The notes beneath the pieces are model-generated. The model was given only the letters and a program-made list of their open reading frames with translations, was not told the DNA's origin and searched no databases. This document shows positions 27,376-40,292 of a stretch of 64,000 nucleotides of DNA, piece by piece (within the stretch, counting starts at the first letter, position 1; each line of letters begins with the position of its first letter). The stretch covers positions 33,795,679 to 33,859,678 of the forward strand of contig NC_090397.1 in NCBI RefSeq assembly GCF_036365525.1. Reading direction: 5' to 3'. A program made the translations under genes and the position numbers. This stretch comes from Heterodontus francisci. Taxonomy: Eukaryota.

Positions 27376-27611
27376 AAAAACAGAAAATACTGGAAATACT
27401 CAGGTCAGGCAACATCTGTGGGGAGGGAAACAGAAAAGTTATTGACCTGAAACTTTATCGGGCTCGATTTAAAGTCCGGTTTTGAATGAGTTAAAATCTC
27501 GCCCAATATTAGTTTTGTTTCTCTCTCCACAGATGCTGCCTGGCCTGCTGAATATTTCAGGCATTTTATGGTTTTATTTCAGTTTTCCAGCATCCACAGT
27601 ATTTTGCTTTC
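27376..27611. repeat. inverted pair of Penelope 3' terminal motifs
   Basis: Minus arm (aatactggaaatactcagg...catctgtgg) and plus arm (ctctccacagatgctgcc...ttccagcatcc). Confidence 0.75.
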
Positions 27612-27674
27612 GTATAGAAATAAATGTATTTTATGAAGCATAAGTAAAGCCATGGGATAGTTATTGAATATATG

Positions 27675-28762
27675 GCAAGGATCACTACTGGGGCCTCAGC
27701 TATTTACAATCTATACTAATGACTTAGACAAAGAGACAGAGAGTAAAATATCTACATTTGCTGATGATACAAAGGTAGGTGGAAATGCAAGCTGTGAGGA
27801 GGACACTGAGAGGCTGCAAAAAGATGTGGACAGGTTAAATGAGTGGGCAACAAGGCTGCAGATGAAGTATAATGTGGGGACGTGTGAGGTTATTCACTTT
27901 GGTTGTAAGAGTAGAAGAGAAGAATATTTTTTAAAAGGCGTGAAACTTGTAAATTTTGACATTCAGAGAGACTTAGGTGTGCTCATTCAAGGAACATAGA
28001 AAGTTAGCAATAAAAACAAGAAATGCTGGAACCACTCTTGTTTTCTTGTTTTTATTTCAGATTTCCAGCATCCGCAGTATTTTGCTTTTATAGAAAGTTA
28101 GCATGCAGGTACAGCAAGCAATTAGGAAGGCAAATGGCATATTGGCCTTTAGTGCAAGGGAATTTGAGTACAATAATAAAGAAGTTTTGCTACAATTTAC
28201 AGGGCTTTGGCAAAACCCTACCTGGAATACTGTGTACAATTTTGAATTCTGCATTTCAGGAAGGATATACTTGCATTGGAGGCAGGACAGCGAAGGTTCA
28301 CTAGACTGGTCCTTGGGATGAGACGGTTGTCCTTTGATGAGAGACTGAGTAAATTGGGCCTATATTTTCTTTAGTTTAGAAGAATGAGAGGTGATCTCAA
28401 TGAAACTTGCAAGATTCTGAAGGGGCTTGACCCTGAGAGGATGTTTCTGCTGGCTGGGGAATCTAAAACATTGGGGCACAGTCTCAGGATTAGGGGACGA
28501 TGATTTAGGACTGAGATGAGGGGAAAATTCTTCACACAAAGGGTTGTGAATCTTTGAAATTCTCTGCCCCCAGAGGGTAGTGGGTGCTCCATCGTTGAAT
28601 ATAGAAATGGGATAGAGAGATGTTTAGTCTCTCAGGGAATCCAGGGATATGGGGAGCAGGCGGGAAAGTGGAGTTGAAGCCTAAGATTAGGCATGATCTA
28701 ATTGAATGGCGGGGCAGGCTGGACAGACCATGTGGTCTACTCCTGCTCCTATTTCTTATGTT
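27675..28762 (+). mobile_element. CR1 3' fragment
   Basis: QGSLLGPQLF, FADDTK, and tail cctgctcctatttcttatg. Confidence 0.9.
28010..28089 (+). mobile_element. 80-bp Penelope-tail insertion with 14-bp TSD
   Basis: ATAGAAAGTTAGCA at 27996-28009 and 28090-28103; insert matches the Penelope terminal motif. Confidence 0.8.
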
Positions 28763-29396
28763 ATGGCAATGAGACATTGGGCCCTATCTTTGAAATGAGG
28801 CAGGGAGGTATGGTTAGTGTGCGGGAAAGAGCCTGTCAAATTTAAGAACAGGTCCTCATTATAATTATTTTCTGCTTCTTGCCTGGCAGCAGGCCAAATT
28901 GACTGGCTGGCTGGCTGCTGGGTGGGAATACCAACATCAGGAGGCTGCAGCTGGGGACACTTGGGGACAATCCTCGGCAATTGGGAAGGAAGCATCTTCA
29001 GATCAGGGCTTGGGGGTGGGGTTGGGGGGTGGGTGCGGTGGTGGTGGGGGATGTTGGGGGAGAAGAGAGCAGCAATCAGGAGAGTGGGAGCAGCAAATCA
29101 GGGCTTGGGCCAGTCACTGATTATGGCAGGGGGAGAGAGAATTGTGATTGGCACAAGGGAAGCTGAATCTTCCTTAAAAGGCCATTGGGGGGAGCCCTCC
29201 TCCTCGTGCTGATTGACATGGAATGCTGAATGAGGCACTTACCCTCTGGAGACAGCAACTCTGGCCTCCCTTTTGCTGCTGGATTGACCAAACCCTGGGA
29301 AACCTGTCTGGCAGCAGTTATCTTTACCATATATTGCAGCGGATAAGTTGACCCATCATATATGACAACTCCATTTTCCCAGCCCCAAAAATCATG

Positions 29397-29734
29397 TTTT
29401 TGCATATAAGTTGATTCCCCTTTTCAGCCATGACATGTTATACTTGCATTAGTAGTCAGCCTCAATTTTTTGCCCCACAAATGCATGCTTTACTTACTGT
29501 GCAAGGGATCAAGGGGTATTGCGAAGATCTGTGTGATTTTAAGACAAGCCCACACAGAATAGACCCCCCCCCCATGGCCAATGGCGAGGAGAAATGGATC
29601 TTCCAGCAAAATGAATGAAGTCTGAAGCTGATTTCCCGCGGATCACAATGTATACTCGACATATAAGCCAACCTCTGTTTTTGGAACAGTATTTGGAGGC
29701 TTCAAAGGTCAACTTATACGCTGTAATCTATGGT
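29397..29734. mobile_element. degenerate Tc1/mariner (pogo/Tigger-like) non-autonomous element
   Basis: Repeated CATATAAG(T/C) motifs and a CAACTTATAC...ATGGTA terminus. Confidence 0.4.
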
Positions 29735-30708
29735 AAATCAACCTCCCAATTGTACTGTGGGATCCTGATTTAACTAAGTTAATGAAGTGTTCCACCTCTC
29801 CAGGACAGAACATTTGCATAGCTTTGAAATCTATCAGTGTAAAAATGGCAACTGGTGTATGCACTGCACGTTAGGGGTACGTTCCTTGTTTTTTTAGGGT
29901 TTATGAAGGCTTTTGTTACAACCACTACCATAGTGCCATAACTAGGCATAAAAGCATAGAAGTGAACATTAGTTTGTAGTCCATGTGTTTGTTCAATACT
30001 TCAGTAAGAACACCATTTGCCACTTATCTGTGATTGACAGAGATCCATATGCCCATAAATGGCATGAATCACTTGTATTTGAAATGATTCAGAATGACAG
30101 AACACAAACTTCTGTTTTGTGGAATATATATAATCAATGAATAATTTAAAATTCCCTTTTTACATTGATTTAGTAAAATACTTTTGTGCTTTTCTGTTTC
30201 AAATAGTAAATATTTACTTTCTTATATCTTGCCTGGTATAAAACTGTAGAAAGAAATATGTGCGCTTTATTGGATATTTCTTTTTTTCTTTTTCCACTTG
30301 TTTTCATTCCCTGAAGCTGTCTTAGAATATATAAAACATGGACTAAGAATAAGAATTCAGCCCATCAAACGCTTTCCTTGCACAAATGCAATATGACCTC
30401 CATCTTACACATTTAGGGCTGAATTTTATTTGGGCGGTGGCGCCCTTTAAACTCAGCGGAGTGCCCGCATTTAGCGGCCACCGCAGAGCCCCCGCGATAT
30501 TACCCGCGGGGGATCATTAGCATCATGGCGCCGAGCTGCCCTCCCCCATTACATGGGGAGAGGCGGGACATTCAGTGCAATGAGAGACCTTTTGACAGTT
30601 GTGCAGCAGGGGCTGGGCCCTATTTTAAGGGCCCCAGCACCTGCTTACTGACAGCTGTCAAAGAAATACTTACCTGACTGCTGAAGAGTGGGGCTGCTGT
30701 CAATCTGG

Positions 30709-30874
30709 CAGCAAAGCAGAAAGTGCTGCAGAAATCCAGCAGGTCAGGCAGCATCTGTGGAGACAGAAGCCGAGTTAACTTGTCCAAGTTCACAGACCTG
30801 AAAGTTAACTCTGCTTCGCTCTCCACAGATGCTGCCTGACCTGCGGAGTTACCCCAGCACTTTCCGCTTTGCTG
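30709..30874. repeat. about 165-bp hairpin of inverted Penelope tail motifs inside Harbinger A
   Basis: gcaaagcagaaagtgctg...gagttaact paired with agttaactc...cagcactttccgctttgc. Confidence 0.85.
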
Positions 30875-31355
30875 TCACATACTTACCCTGCTGTGTCCCA
30901 ATGTCCTGTGAAGTTGTGATCCTCTTCTCCCACTCAAGTGCAACTTTCCTTCTTGTAGGCGTGCGCACCTGGGTGAATAACCTTAAATTTGCACATTCCA
31001 GGACGTGAGATTTAAATAGACCATAAAAGGTATTACAGAGGTCTACAGAGAATACATTGACACAAATGGGAATGCACGGGAGTCACAGCAATGTAAATGC
31101 GTCTTTCACTAAATGTTTCTCGCCAACATGTCCCTTTCTCTGTGTGAGTGATGTCTGCCAGCATGTCGTGCCAATGTCACATCCCTTTGCATCGTTGGCC
31201 CTTCAGGAGAGCCAACGTATGCAATAACATCATTGCCATGCCACCATTATCATGAGTGTCTCCACATTTGCAGTGACATGGACATTGGGTCAGTCAGCTG
31301 CTGCCTCTAATGGTTTACACAGGGATGCTGCAGATGTGCACAGAAGGTGAGCAAG

Positions 31356-31786
31356 TGTCAGGCAAACCCCACCTGCCAAGACTGAGGCACACATTATTTC
31401 ACCACATGAACATTAAAACTTAAAATTGCAAGCCCTGACCAGAAAGACATTTCCATGGTAACAGACAATGTTTCTTCTGCTCTTTTCTGTCCCTATTTTT
31501 TGCATGTTTATATCGCGTTTGCATGCTAATGTGGGTGCATTGTATATCCATAGACGTGAACCATATTAGAGTTTAAGTTTAAGGTTTAATAAATTTCATC
31601 TTACTGCTTTAAACCAAAGAAAGCCTGTTTGTGCTCATTTCTTTGCCTTATAATTGGAAAGTTGTGAACAAGGATTCACAAAGGGGGAGCTCAAAATACA
31701 GTGTGTTTAAAATTAAACTCTGTTACAATAAGACCAGATGAAGACAGCAAGAGATCCCTGGACACATTGCTCACATGGTGGTAACA
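31356..31786 (+). mobile_element. solo LTR
   Basis: TGTCA...TAACA ends, internal AATAAA, TSD GCAAG/GCAAT; absent at the matching site in Harbinger copy B. Confidence 0.8.
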
Positions 31787-33348
31787 GCAATGGTGATGTA
31801 AAGCTTGCAGAGCTCATGTTGGTTGCTATGGAGCAGACAGCCTTTGTCTGATAAGCCACTGCCGTACATCCCTACCTCAGTGCCAGCCTTGCGTGCAGAG
31901 TCTGGGTGCCATCTGCCCTCCTATGTGTCTTTCATGTTGTAGGTCCTCAGCGTCCTCAGTCCACATAGTCAGAGGAGCAATCCTGTTGACGTCTCTCCTC
32001 ATCATGCCAGGCTTAGCCCCTATTGGGTGCGTAGTTGTGCAGAGCAGCAACGAAAGGAACTGGCCTTTTCGCCCTGTAGTACAGGGAATCACTCTATCTA
32101 TACAGGCATTGGAGGTGCTCTTTGAGCATGCTTATCTCCTGCTCAATGGTGGCTCTTGTAGCTCCGTGGCTGGCATTGTATCTCTCCTCTTCAGCAGTGG
32201 TGGAGTCTCTCACTGGTGTGGGAGCCATGTCTGCAAAGGATAGCCCTTGACTCCAAGAAGCCACCCCTCCATCTGAGCCAGTTCAGTGAGCAGTGGTGAC
32301 AGCTAGGACTGGCGCAGGTCCCAGGGTCATGAAGCTACCTGAGAAGCGGTAACAGATTTGCATGAAGCATCTGCGGTGATCACATACCAGTTTCACCTAT
32401 TTTGAGAGGATTCCTTTAATAGCCTGATGGCCACATGAGTGCAGTCTATGAACATTACAACCTATGGTTCTCTGGCAATGGTGCCGAAACCGATGGCCCT
32501 CTGGGCCTGGCCGTGAGAGTCCGTCCTGAAGCGGACATACTCATTGGCCCACTGGTGCAGGGCATCGGTGACCTCCCTGATGCAGTGGTGCACTGCTGAC
32601 TGTGTGACTCCACAAAGGTCTCTGGTGGGCTCCTGAAAAGCTGCATAGGCAACAAGCTTGAGAACCGCTGCCACTATGAAGACCACAGGCATAGGATGTC
32701 CACCGAAGCCCGTGGGTTGCAGGTCATCTTTGAACAGGGCACAGAGACGTGTCACCACCCTTTCTACATGCGCAATCGCCTCTGACACTGGTGCTCTGAC
32801 ATCCGATGGCATGTCATTTGGGGCCTGTAGATGCATGACAGTTGTAGTGGCATGCTCCCCTTGGGGGCTGCTGCTCACAACCGGGGGCCTCTAAGTGGAT
32901 CACACCTACCTGATGGGCCTCTGGCCCATACAGATCCTCAGGAGCAGAGGATCACACAATGTAGGATGAGCTATACCCATTTCCATGAGATAAATAAAGT
33001 TGAACCCTTCATGTATTCGAAGGTTCCTAACAGGGCAGGGATTGGTCTGACGGGTACATCAGCTGCTTTCCTGGATCAACTATGTGGCGTTCCATGGCAT
33101 TGCCCATCTTGGCTAACACTGATACAGCATGACCACATTGAGATCCTACCAGCTGAATCAATTGCCTCCACTATCCATATAACCTTAACACTCCTACCCT
33201 TTCTGGCATCCTCCCCACACAGGGTGACTGGAGTGTCATAGCTCCTTCACAAACATGGATAAACGCCGAGCATACACTGTTTATGGAGAGAAGGTACACA
33301 GTACCTCCCTTCATGCCTGCAGAGATTTCCCTCCAGCAATCCCAAACC

Positions 33349-33595
33349 CCCTCCCTCATCCCTCCCAGCATGCAGAATGGGACCCTGTAATCCCCCCTCC
33401 CTCATCCCTCCCAGCATGCAGAATGGGACCCTGTAATCCCCCTCCCTCATCCCTTCCAGCATGCAGAATGGGACCCTGTAATCCCCCCTCCCTCATCCCT
33501 CCCAGCATGCAGAATGGGACCCTGTAATCCCCCCTCCCTCATCCCTCCCAGCATGCAGAATGGGACCCTGTAATCCCCCCTCCCTCCTCCCTTTA
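33349..33595. repeat. about 46-bp minisatellite, about 5 copies
   Basis: CCCTCCCTCATCCCTCCCAGCATGCAGAATGGGACCCTGTAATCCC repeated. Confidence 0.95.
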
Positions 33596-33896
33596 AGAAT
33601 GCAGAGTGAGACCCCTTGAAAAGGAACTTACCTTCTGCCGCAAAACCTTCTGCCTCTGAGGACCTGCTGACTTTTCCAATCGTGAATGGGACGGCACGTG
33701 ACGGCCGCCCGTTTAGCGAAAAATCCCGAGTTGTCCATGGAGAGGCGGCGGGCTACATAATCTGCAGAGGTAAGTACCGTTTAACATATTTTAATTGGGG
33801 TGCCGCTGCCATCCAGTAGTGGGGCCGGTAAAATTCAGCCCTTAATCTTCTGAGAGAAGTCCCTGCATAAAATCTGCCTAATACTAAGAGATAATT

Positions 33897-34310
33897 ATAG
33901 AATCATAGAATGGTTCCAGCACAGAAGGAGGCCATTCAGCCTATCATATCCATGCCAGCTGTCTGGAATCGCAACTCACCTAGTCCCATTCCCCACCCCA
34001 CCCCCCCCACCCCGCCTTTACTCCATAGCCCTACAAATGTTTTTGCTTCAGATGATTATCCAATTCTCTTTTGAAGGCCTCTATTAAATCTGCCTCCACC
34101 ACACTCTCAGGCACAGCATTTCAGATCCTAACCACTTGCTGCGTAAAAAAGTTTTTTCCTCATGTTGCCGTTGCTTCTTTTGCCAATCACCTTAAATCAG
34201 TGCCCTCTGATTCTCGACCCTTCTGACAATGGGAACAATTTCTTCCTATCTACCCTGATCGACCCCACATGATTTTGAAAACCTCAATAAAATCTCCTCT
34301 TAATCTTCAA
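33897..34310 (-). mobile_element. CR1 3' fragment
   Basis: ATAGAATCATAGAAT tail followed by reverse-complement C-terminal sequence. Confidence 0.8.
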
Positions 34311-34653
34311 TAAATCAGCCAGAGCTCTACAATGCTCAATCGTCCTGGTCTTTCCCTGATATAACACCACTCTCCAGCCCCATGGAATATGTACCATTGC
34401 ATTCTATGGGGCATTTGATCATCTCAGTATATCTGTTTACCACCAACCCCTTTCCCAACCAGACGTACATGGAGCTTCTTTTTAAATGTTTATCATCATA
34501 CTCCCAGTTCAGATCCACATTTTCACTACACTGGGGAGCTCTTGGAGCTGGTGAAGATAAAACTGAGCCCTCAACTTGTGTTTTGTGTTCCTGGTGTTAG
34601 TTTGTCTTTCTTCCTGTTTCATGGATCAGTGTCTGTCCCATTCTTTCTTTCAG

Positions 34654-34711
34654 GAAAGGTCTGTCTTCCTTGTTCAACTCCAGCACAGGAGAATATTGAA
34701 GAACTGGGGTG
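34654..34711 (+). other. candidate 58-nt host exon
   Basis: Strong acceptor TTCTTTCTTTCAG and consensus donor GTAAGT; two open frames. Confidence 0.4.
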
Positions 34712-36099
34712 GTAAGTCAATGTGGTTGAGGGTTTAAAGTGGGTGGTAAAGAAAGGAATTTCAGGTGCTTGATCCACTACTTTCTACTTTATGTCCCTGC
34801 TGAAGTTGAAAGTTTCTCCTGGCCTGTGATGCCACTTGTGTAATGTTATGCAAGTGATATTATTTGTGTTTTAGATGCCAATTTTCATTTCTGGCAGTGT
34901 TGCCTGATGATAAAAGGTCAAAAAACATATACATTATGCTGTAGAAATCTAAGAGGATGCTGCTTGGGTGTGGATGGGATGATAATTTATTTTTGATAAA
35001 GCTTTTGCTTGTTTCTGTAGGTAAAGATTTTCACAAGCATGTGACATTTGGATTGGCTGGGCCAAGAAACAAGTTATAAATTGGAAGGTCTTTCAATTTC
35101 ATCCAATTGCTATTATCAGTTTGAAAAGTCATGGAGCTGTGAGTGCTGTCTGCTTAATGTATTATTTGGTATTAATTTTGTAAATCATTGTGAAAGATTA
35201 TGTTAGATTATTCTGCCTTTTCGGAAGAGTTTACCTCCGGTGCAGCTGTAATTCTATGAAATTCTTTCGTGTGCGACTGAAATCAGATGACACTTCTTTA
35301 TTTAGATTGAAGAGCAAGTAGAAAATAACACATGTTGGTAAGAATATCAAAGAAGGTAAAGTACAAAAATCTAATGTCACTCTTTCCCATGGATTTATAA
35401 TATTCAATTGTAATCAATAGGTGTTACACCTATTCAATTTGCTTCGAAGAAGGCAGCTTTTCAGCAAGGCCTGAACTGTGCAGTAGATACCCTTGATACA
35501 GGCATCAACACATCCAAGGCAATGACATATGAGTCAGAGCTGAAAAGTCATTATTTTCAGGCTGAATACACTTTGACGTGAAAAATTGTATCAAAAAACT
35601 ATTAGCATATTTCAACAAATATGGAATGAATTACATCAACATCTAATTTAGTCTGCAATCTGAGTGCCTTGCTGTCATATCTACGACCACTTTCATTATG
35701 CATAATGTAATTAAGTAGAACTGTGCCAGAATGGGGACAATGTGCAATGATTCTTTTAATTCAGCCAGTTGCATTCTTCTTTCCATATCACTGAATTTGA
35801 TCATATTTCATCTGTCTTATTTAAAACATTAGCTCTAGACCTGCAGTAAAACCTTAGAGAAAGAAATATATATGAAATATGCAAACCAAGCGAGAACATT
35901 TGAACATAAATAGCCATTGGTCTTAATTGGCTTCACTCAACTCTTATTAAGCAGATATAGTTCTTAGTTAACCTCTTTCCATTAGCATTATTGCATTTGA
36001 ATGATTCATTTCAAACTCAGCTTTAGGATTGAATTAAAAAATATTCTACATGAGAAATTACAGGCAGTGTTTAACAGTAACCAGTTCAGAGAATCAGTG

Positions 36100-38400
36100 A
36101 ATCATACAGCACAAAAGGAGGCCATTCAGTCCATTGTCCCTGTGCCAGCTCTATGAAAGCTATCCAATTAGTCCCACTTCCCTGCTCTTTCCCCATAGTT
36201 CTGCAAATTTCTCCTTTTCAAGTCTACATCAAATTCCATTTGTAACATGTTATTGAATCTGCTTCCACCATCCTCGCAGGCAGTGTATTCCAGATAACAA
36301 TTCGCTGTGTAAAAAATTTCTGCTCATAACCCCTCTGGAGATTTTGCCAATTATCTTAAATCTGTGCCCTCTGGTTACTGATCCTACTGTCAATGGAAAC
36401 AGTTTCTCCCCATCTACTCTGTCAAAGCTCCTCATAAGTTGAACACCACCATCAAATCTTCCCTTAACCTTCTCTGCTCTGAGGAAAACTATTCCAGCTT
36501 CTCGAGTCTCGCCACATAAATGAAATTCCTCACACCCCGATACCATTCCGGTACATCTCTTTTGCACCCTTTCAAAGGTCTTCACATCCTTCCTAATGTG
36601 TGGAGCCCAGAATTGGACACAATACTCCTTCTGAGGTCCAACCAGTGATTTATAAAGATTTACAATAATTGCCTTTCTTTTGTAGTCAATGCCTGTTAAT
36701 AAAGCTAAGGATCCCGTATGCTTTATTAGCAGACATATTGACATGTCCTGCCGCCATCAATAATATGTGTATGTGAGCCACAGGTCTCTCAATTCCTGCA
36801 CCCACTTTAAAATTGTATCATTTAGTTGATATTGCTTTTCCTTATTCTTCCTTCCAAAATGGTGCGAGGCGCTCACGTTTTTGTTGTACGTGGCGCAGGT
36901 CTGGCCCATGCCCCACTCCTGCGCTGTGGCAGTCACCCGAGCCATTTTCCGCTTCATCTGGGGATCCAAAATGGACTGGTTCCGGAGGGACACAATGTTC
37001 AAACCTCTGGTTAAGGTGGGAAAAATGTACCCAACATCGCCCTCATCCTGATGACTACCTTCGTGTGCGGCTGCACCAAGCTGTGTGTAGACCTCCAGTA
37101 CGCAAACTCCAAGTGTCACTACGTGCTGAGGTTCTATCTGTCCCCAGTTTTGCGAAGGATGGGTCTGGTCACATTGTCGCGGAACGCTCCATCCAGTTGG
37201 ATTGTGCCGTACCACCTATCCTTTGTGGAACAGTTTCTGTGGTAAAACACCTTTGACCACCAATCCATCAGGCAGTGGTCTGCACGGAATGTCCTCTCGG
37301 CCCTACGGGAAAAGGAGATGGTGGATCCTGTCGGATGGTTCCCCAAGCAGACCGCCAAAGTCATTTGGCAGAATGCCTCATCACCAGAACTTTCAAACAA
37401 GCAACAGGATGTAGCTTGGCTGTTGGTGAGAAGAGCCCTTCCTGTCAGATCCTTCCTGCACACCCGAAGTCTCACCCACTTCGCACAATGCCCTCGAGGT
37501 GGCTGTGGTGGGGAAGAGACGGTTGCCCACCTCCTTCTGGAATGTGTCTTTGCAAAGCAGGTGTGGAAAGAGATGCAGTGGTTTTTGTTGAGGTTCATCC
37601 CAAGCAGCTCTGTAACACAGGAGTCTGTGCTCTATGGGCTGTTCCCAGGGACGCACACTGAGATAAATATCAACTGCTGCTGGAGGACTATCAATTCGGT
37701 GAAAGACACCCTTTGGTCTGCCTTAAACTTGCTGGTCTTACAGCGCAAAGAGTTGTCCATGACCGAATGTTGCAGACTGGCACATTCCAAGGTCCAGGAC
37801 TACGTGCTGAGGGACGCACTAAAGCTTGGGGCAGCCGCAGCAAAAGCTCAATGGGGAAAGACCACTGTGTAAGGTTGCCCCACCAAGCTGAACTGAGGGG
37901 CTGGATCCATGGAAAACCCCTTGAACTGTAGTAGAAAAATTTTCGTTTGCTGTAATATGCATATGGCATGAAAAATGAAATGGAAGGGTTGTGAGGCAAC
38001 TCACTCCGGTATTGAAGGAAACTGACCTCCTTTGCACTGTTTGTATTTTTTGACTTGGTGCTGTTTGGAACTGTTTTATAATGTATTTTTTGACAGATTT
38101 TTATGAATAAAGTATATTTTGGAAATAAAAAAATCTTCCAAAATGCATGACTTCACACTTCTCTGTATTAAATTTTATCTCCTATGTGTCTGGCCATTTC
38201 ACCAGTCTGTTTACATTCTCCTGAAGGTTGCTACTATTTTTCTCCCTGTTCACTACATTTCCAAGTTTTATGTCATATGCAAACTTTTAAACTATGCCCT
38301 ATATACCCAAGTCCAGGTTATTAATATATATTAAAGAGAGAAGTGGTCAGAATACCAACACATGGGAGGGGGCTCCACAGTATACTTCCCTGCTGTCTTA
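36100..38400 (-). mobile_element. old CR1 3' fragment interrupted by a Tx1-type element
   Basis: LYKSLVGPQKEYCVQFWAPH; continues after 38145 with a KFADD-like remnant. Confidence 0.8.
36862..38133 (+). mobile_element. L1-clade (Tx1-like) LINE 3' end
   Basis: zf-RVT CPRGGCGGEETVAHLLLEC, AATAAA plus A-tail, 11-bp TSD CTTCCAAAATG (36851-36861 and 38135-38145). Confidence 0.88.
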
Positions 38401-39711
38401 AAAGCTTCCTATGGTGAATTTGGGACATTGAGACCAGTTGGCGATGCAGAGATTTCTACTGGGAGCACAAATTCATAAAAATCTACCTTTATATATCGAC
38501 TTTATGGAAGATATTTTTAAAAGCAACACGAACATCAACTCACAGCTGGATGACTGGGCCATTTCTGAGGTCATCATCATTATTGAGGTCCTCACCTGGC
38601 AGGTCAGATCACAGCTTGAGCCTCAAGGCATCACAGACAGATTTGTGATGGCATTAGGGCAGGTATCTGACACAAATCCTGTAGCTTTTTCAAATAAGAC
38701 TGTTGGCTGCTTGAAAACACAATGGTTAAACTTTGTGTTTGACTGTAAGGAGAGCTCAGGAGAAATTTACAAGACTAAATGTTTACCAAAATAGTTCAAA
38801 AACCATCAAAATAGAGGGAAAGTTGTTATTATTAAGGACAAGTCAACATCCAAACTTCATCAGTGAGCAAAAGCCAAGGGCCCTGCTCTAGAAGACTGTC
38901 AGTTTATCAATAGAAGATACACTTTAGAACACATTTTATTGCACTGAACCGAATAGACTTGAAATTGAAGAAGGAGCAAGTCAACTTTGTAGTTGGTGGG
39001 AAATAATATTTTTGTGGATGGGTGTGAGCAGAATGAAAATGTTTTGCTAAAACTTCTAATCATTTCGGCTTTTGTTCTCTGTTGTTCGTTGTTGCAACAG
39101 TACTTTAATCACTTCGGACAAAATGGTTAGTTGACATGCAGTTTGAGAAATTCTAAAGAATGTGTTACTGCAGCCACTCAACAAGTTTTGCCATGAGGTT
39201 ATATAAACAAACAAGATGGTTGAAATGTTGGAAGCTGTTATAAGAAATAAGAAAAGGTGATACAAAGTCAAATGAATAGTATTGCATTATGACTGTATAG
39301 TAAATAACAAATATACATAATATTTGGGGTTGATGATGTGTTGCCGTGCTCCTGTAGTGCTGCTGCACGATAGCTGCTGTTTTGACACTTTGACTCGGTC
39401 TGGAGCAAGGGTAGAACCAACTGCGTAAAAATTCTTTTACTGGCAAAAGCTTTGTAATTTATTTTAGTTTTTCTTTGTTTACTGTATAGTTCTCGTGAAA
39501 TGTTGCTGTTAGTACAAATGTATTCCATAATTCAGAGATTTCAATTTTGTTATATATGTTTCAGCAATTTTTTTGGGGCGGTGAACCATTTTTTCCTTCT
39601 CCTTTGTGTCAGTTTGTTTTTCAAGTGCCTCAAATACAGTACTTTCATGGCTTAGTTGGTACATGATCAAAGGATAAGGATATTTTGGCCTAGAAATTAG
39701 TTCCCTCAGGC

Positions 39712-40292
39712 TCAGCTCACCTGCTGCTGAAGCTCTCATCCATGCCTTGGTTGTCTTTAGACCCATCTCTTCCAATGCTGCCCTGACCAGTCTCCCACCT
39801 TGCATCCATGGTGAGCTTGAGCTAATTCAAAGCTCTGCTGCCTGTATCCTAACTCACACCAAGTCCATTTACCCATCACCTCTGTGTTTGCTGACCTACA
39901 ATGGCTCCCGGTCGGGCAAAGCCTCGATTTTAAAATTCTCAACCTCGTTTGCAAATTTCTCCATGGCTTGTCCCTCCTTATCCCTATCACCTCCTTCAGC
40001 TCTATAAGGCTCCATGATCTCTGTGCTCCTCCATTTCTGGCCTCATTTGGATCCCTGATTTTCATTGCTCCATTATTGGTGGCTGTATCTTTAGCTGCCT
40101 AGGTTCTAAGCTCTGGAATTCCCTCTCTACACCACTCTGCCTTCCTACCTCTTTCTCATCCTTTAGACTTTTAGACACCTGTCCTAATATCCTCTTGGGT
40201 AGTTTGGTATCAAATTCTGCCTTATAATACTCCTGTGAAGCACCTTGAGGTCTTATTGCATTTAAGGAGCTATATAAATGCAATTTGTTGTT
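39712..40292 (+). mobile_element. L2 LINE 3' fragment
   Basis: AEALIHALV...LIQSSAACILT and LQWLPV...FKIL motifs; L2-like tail gctatataaatgcaa. Confidence 0.75.

Larger units (their letters stand above)
30416..33841 (-). mobile_element. PIF/Harbinger transposon copy A
   Basis: TIRs GGGCTGAATTTTA/TAAAATTCAGCCC, TTA TSD on both sides, decayed transposase on the minus strand at about 31870-32880. Confidence 0.92.

Noticed and set aside
33349-33595. Regular repeats resembling a CRISPR array (also 47400-47702)
   Set aside because: Head-to-tail units with no unique spacers, no cas genes, and a eukaryotic context.
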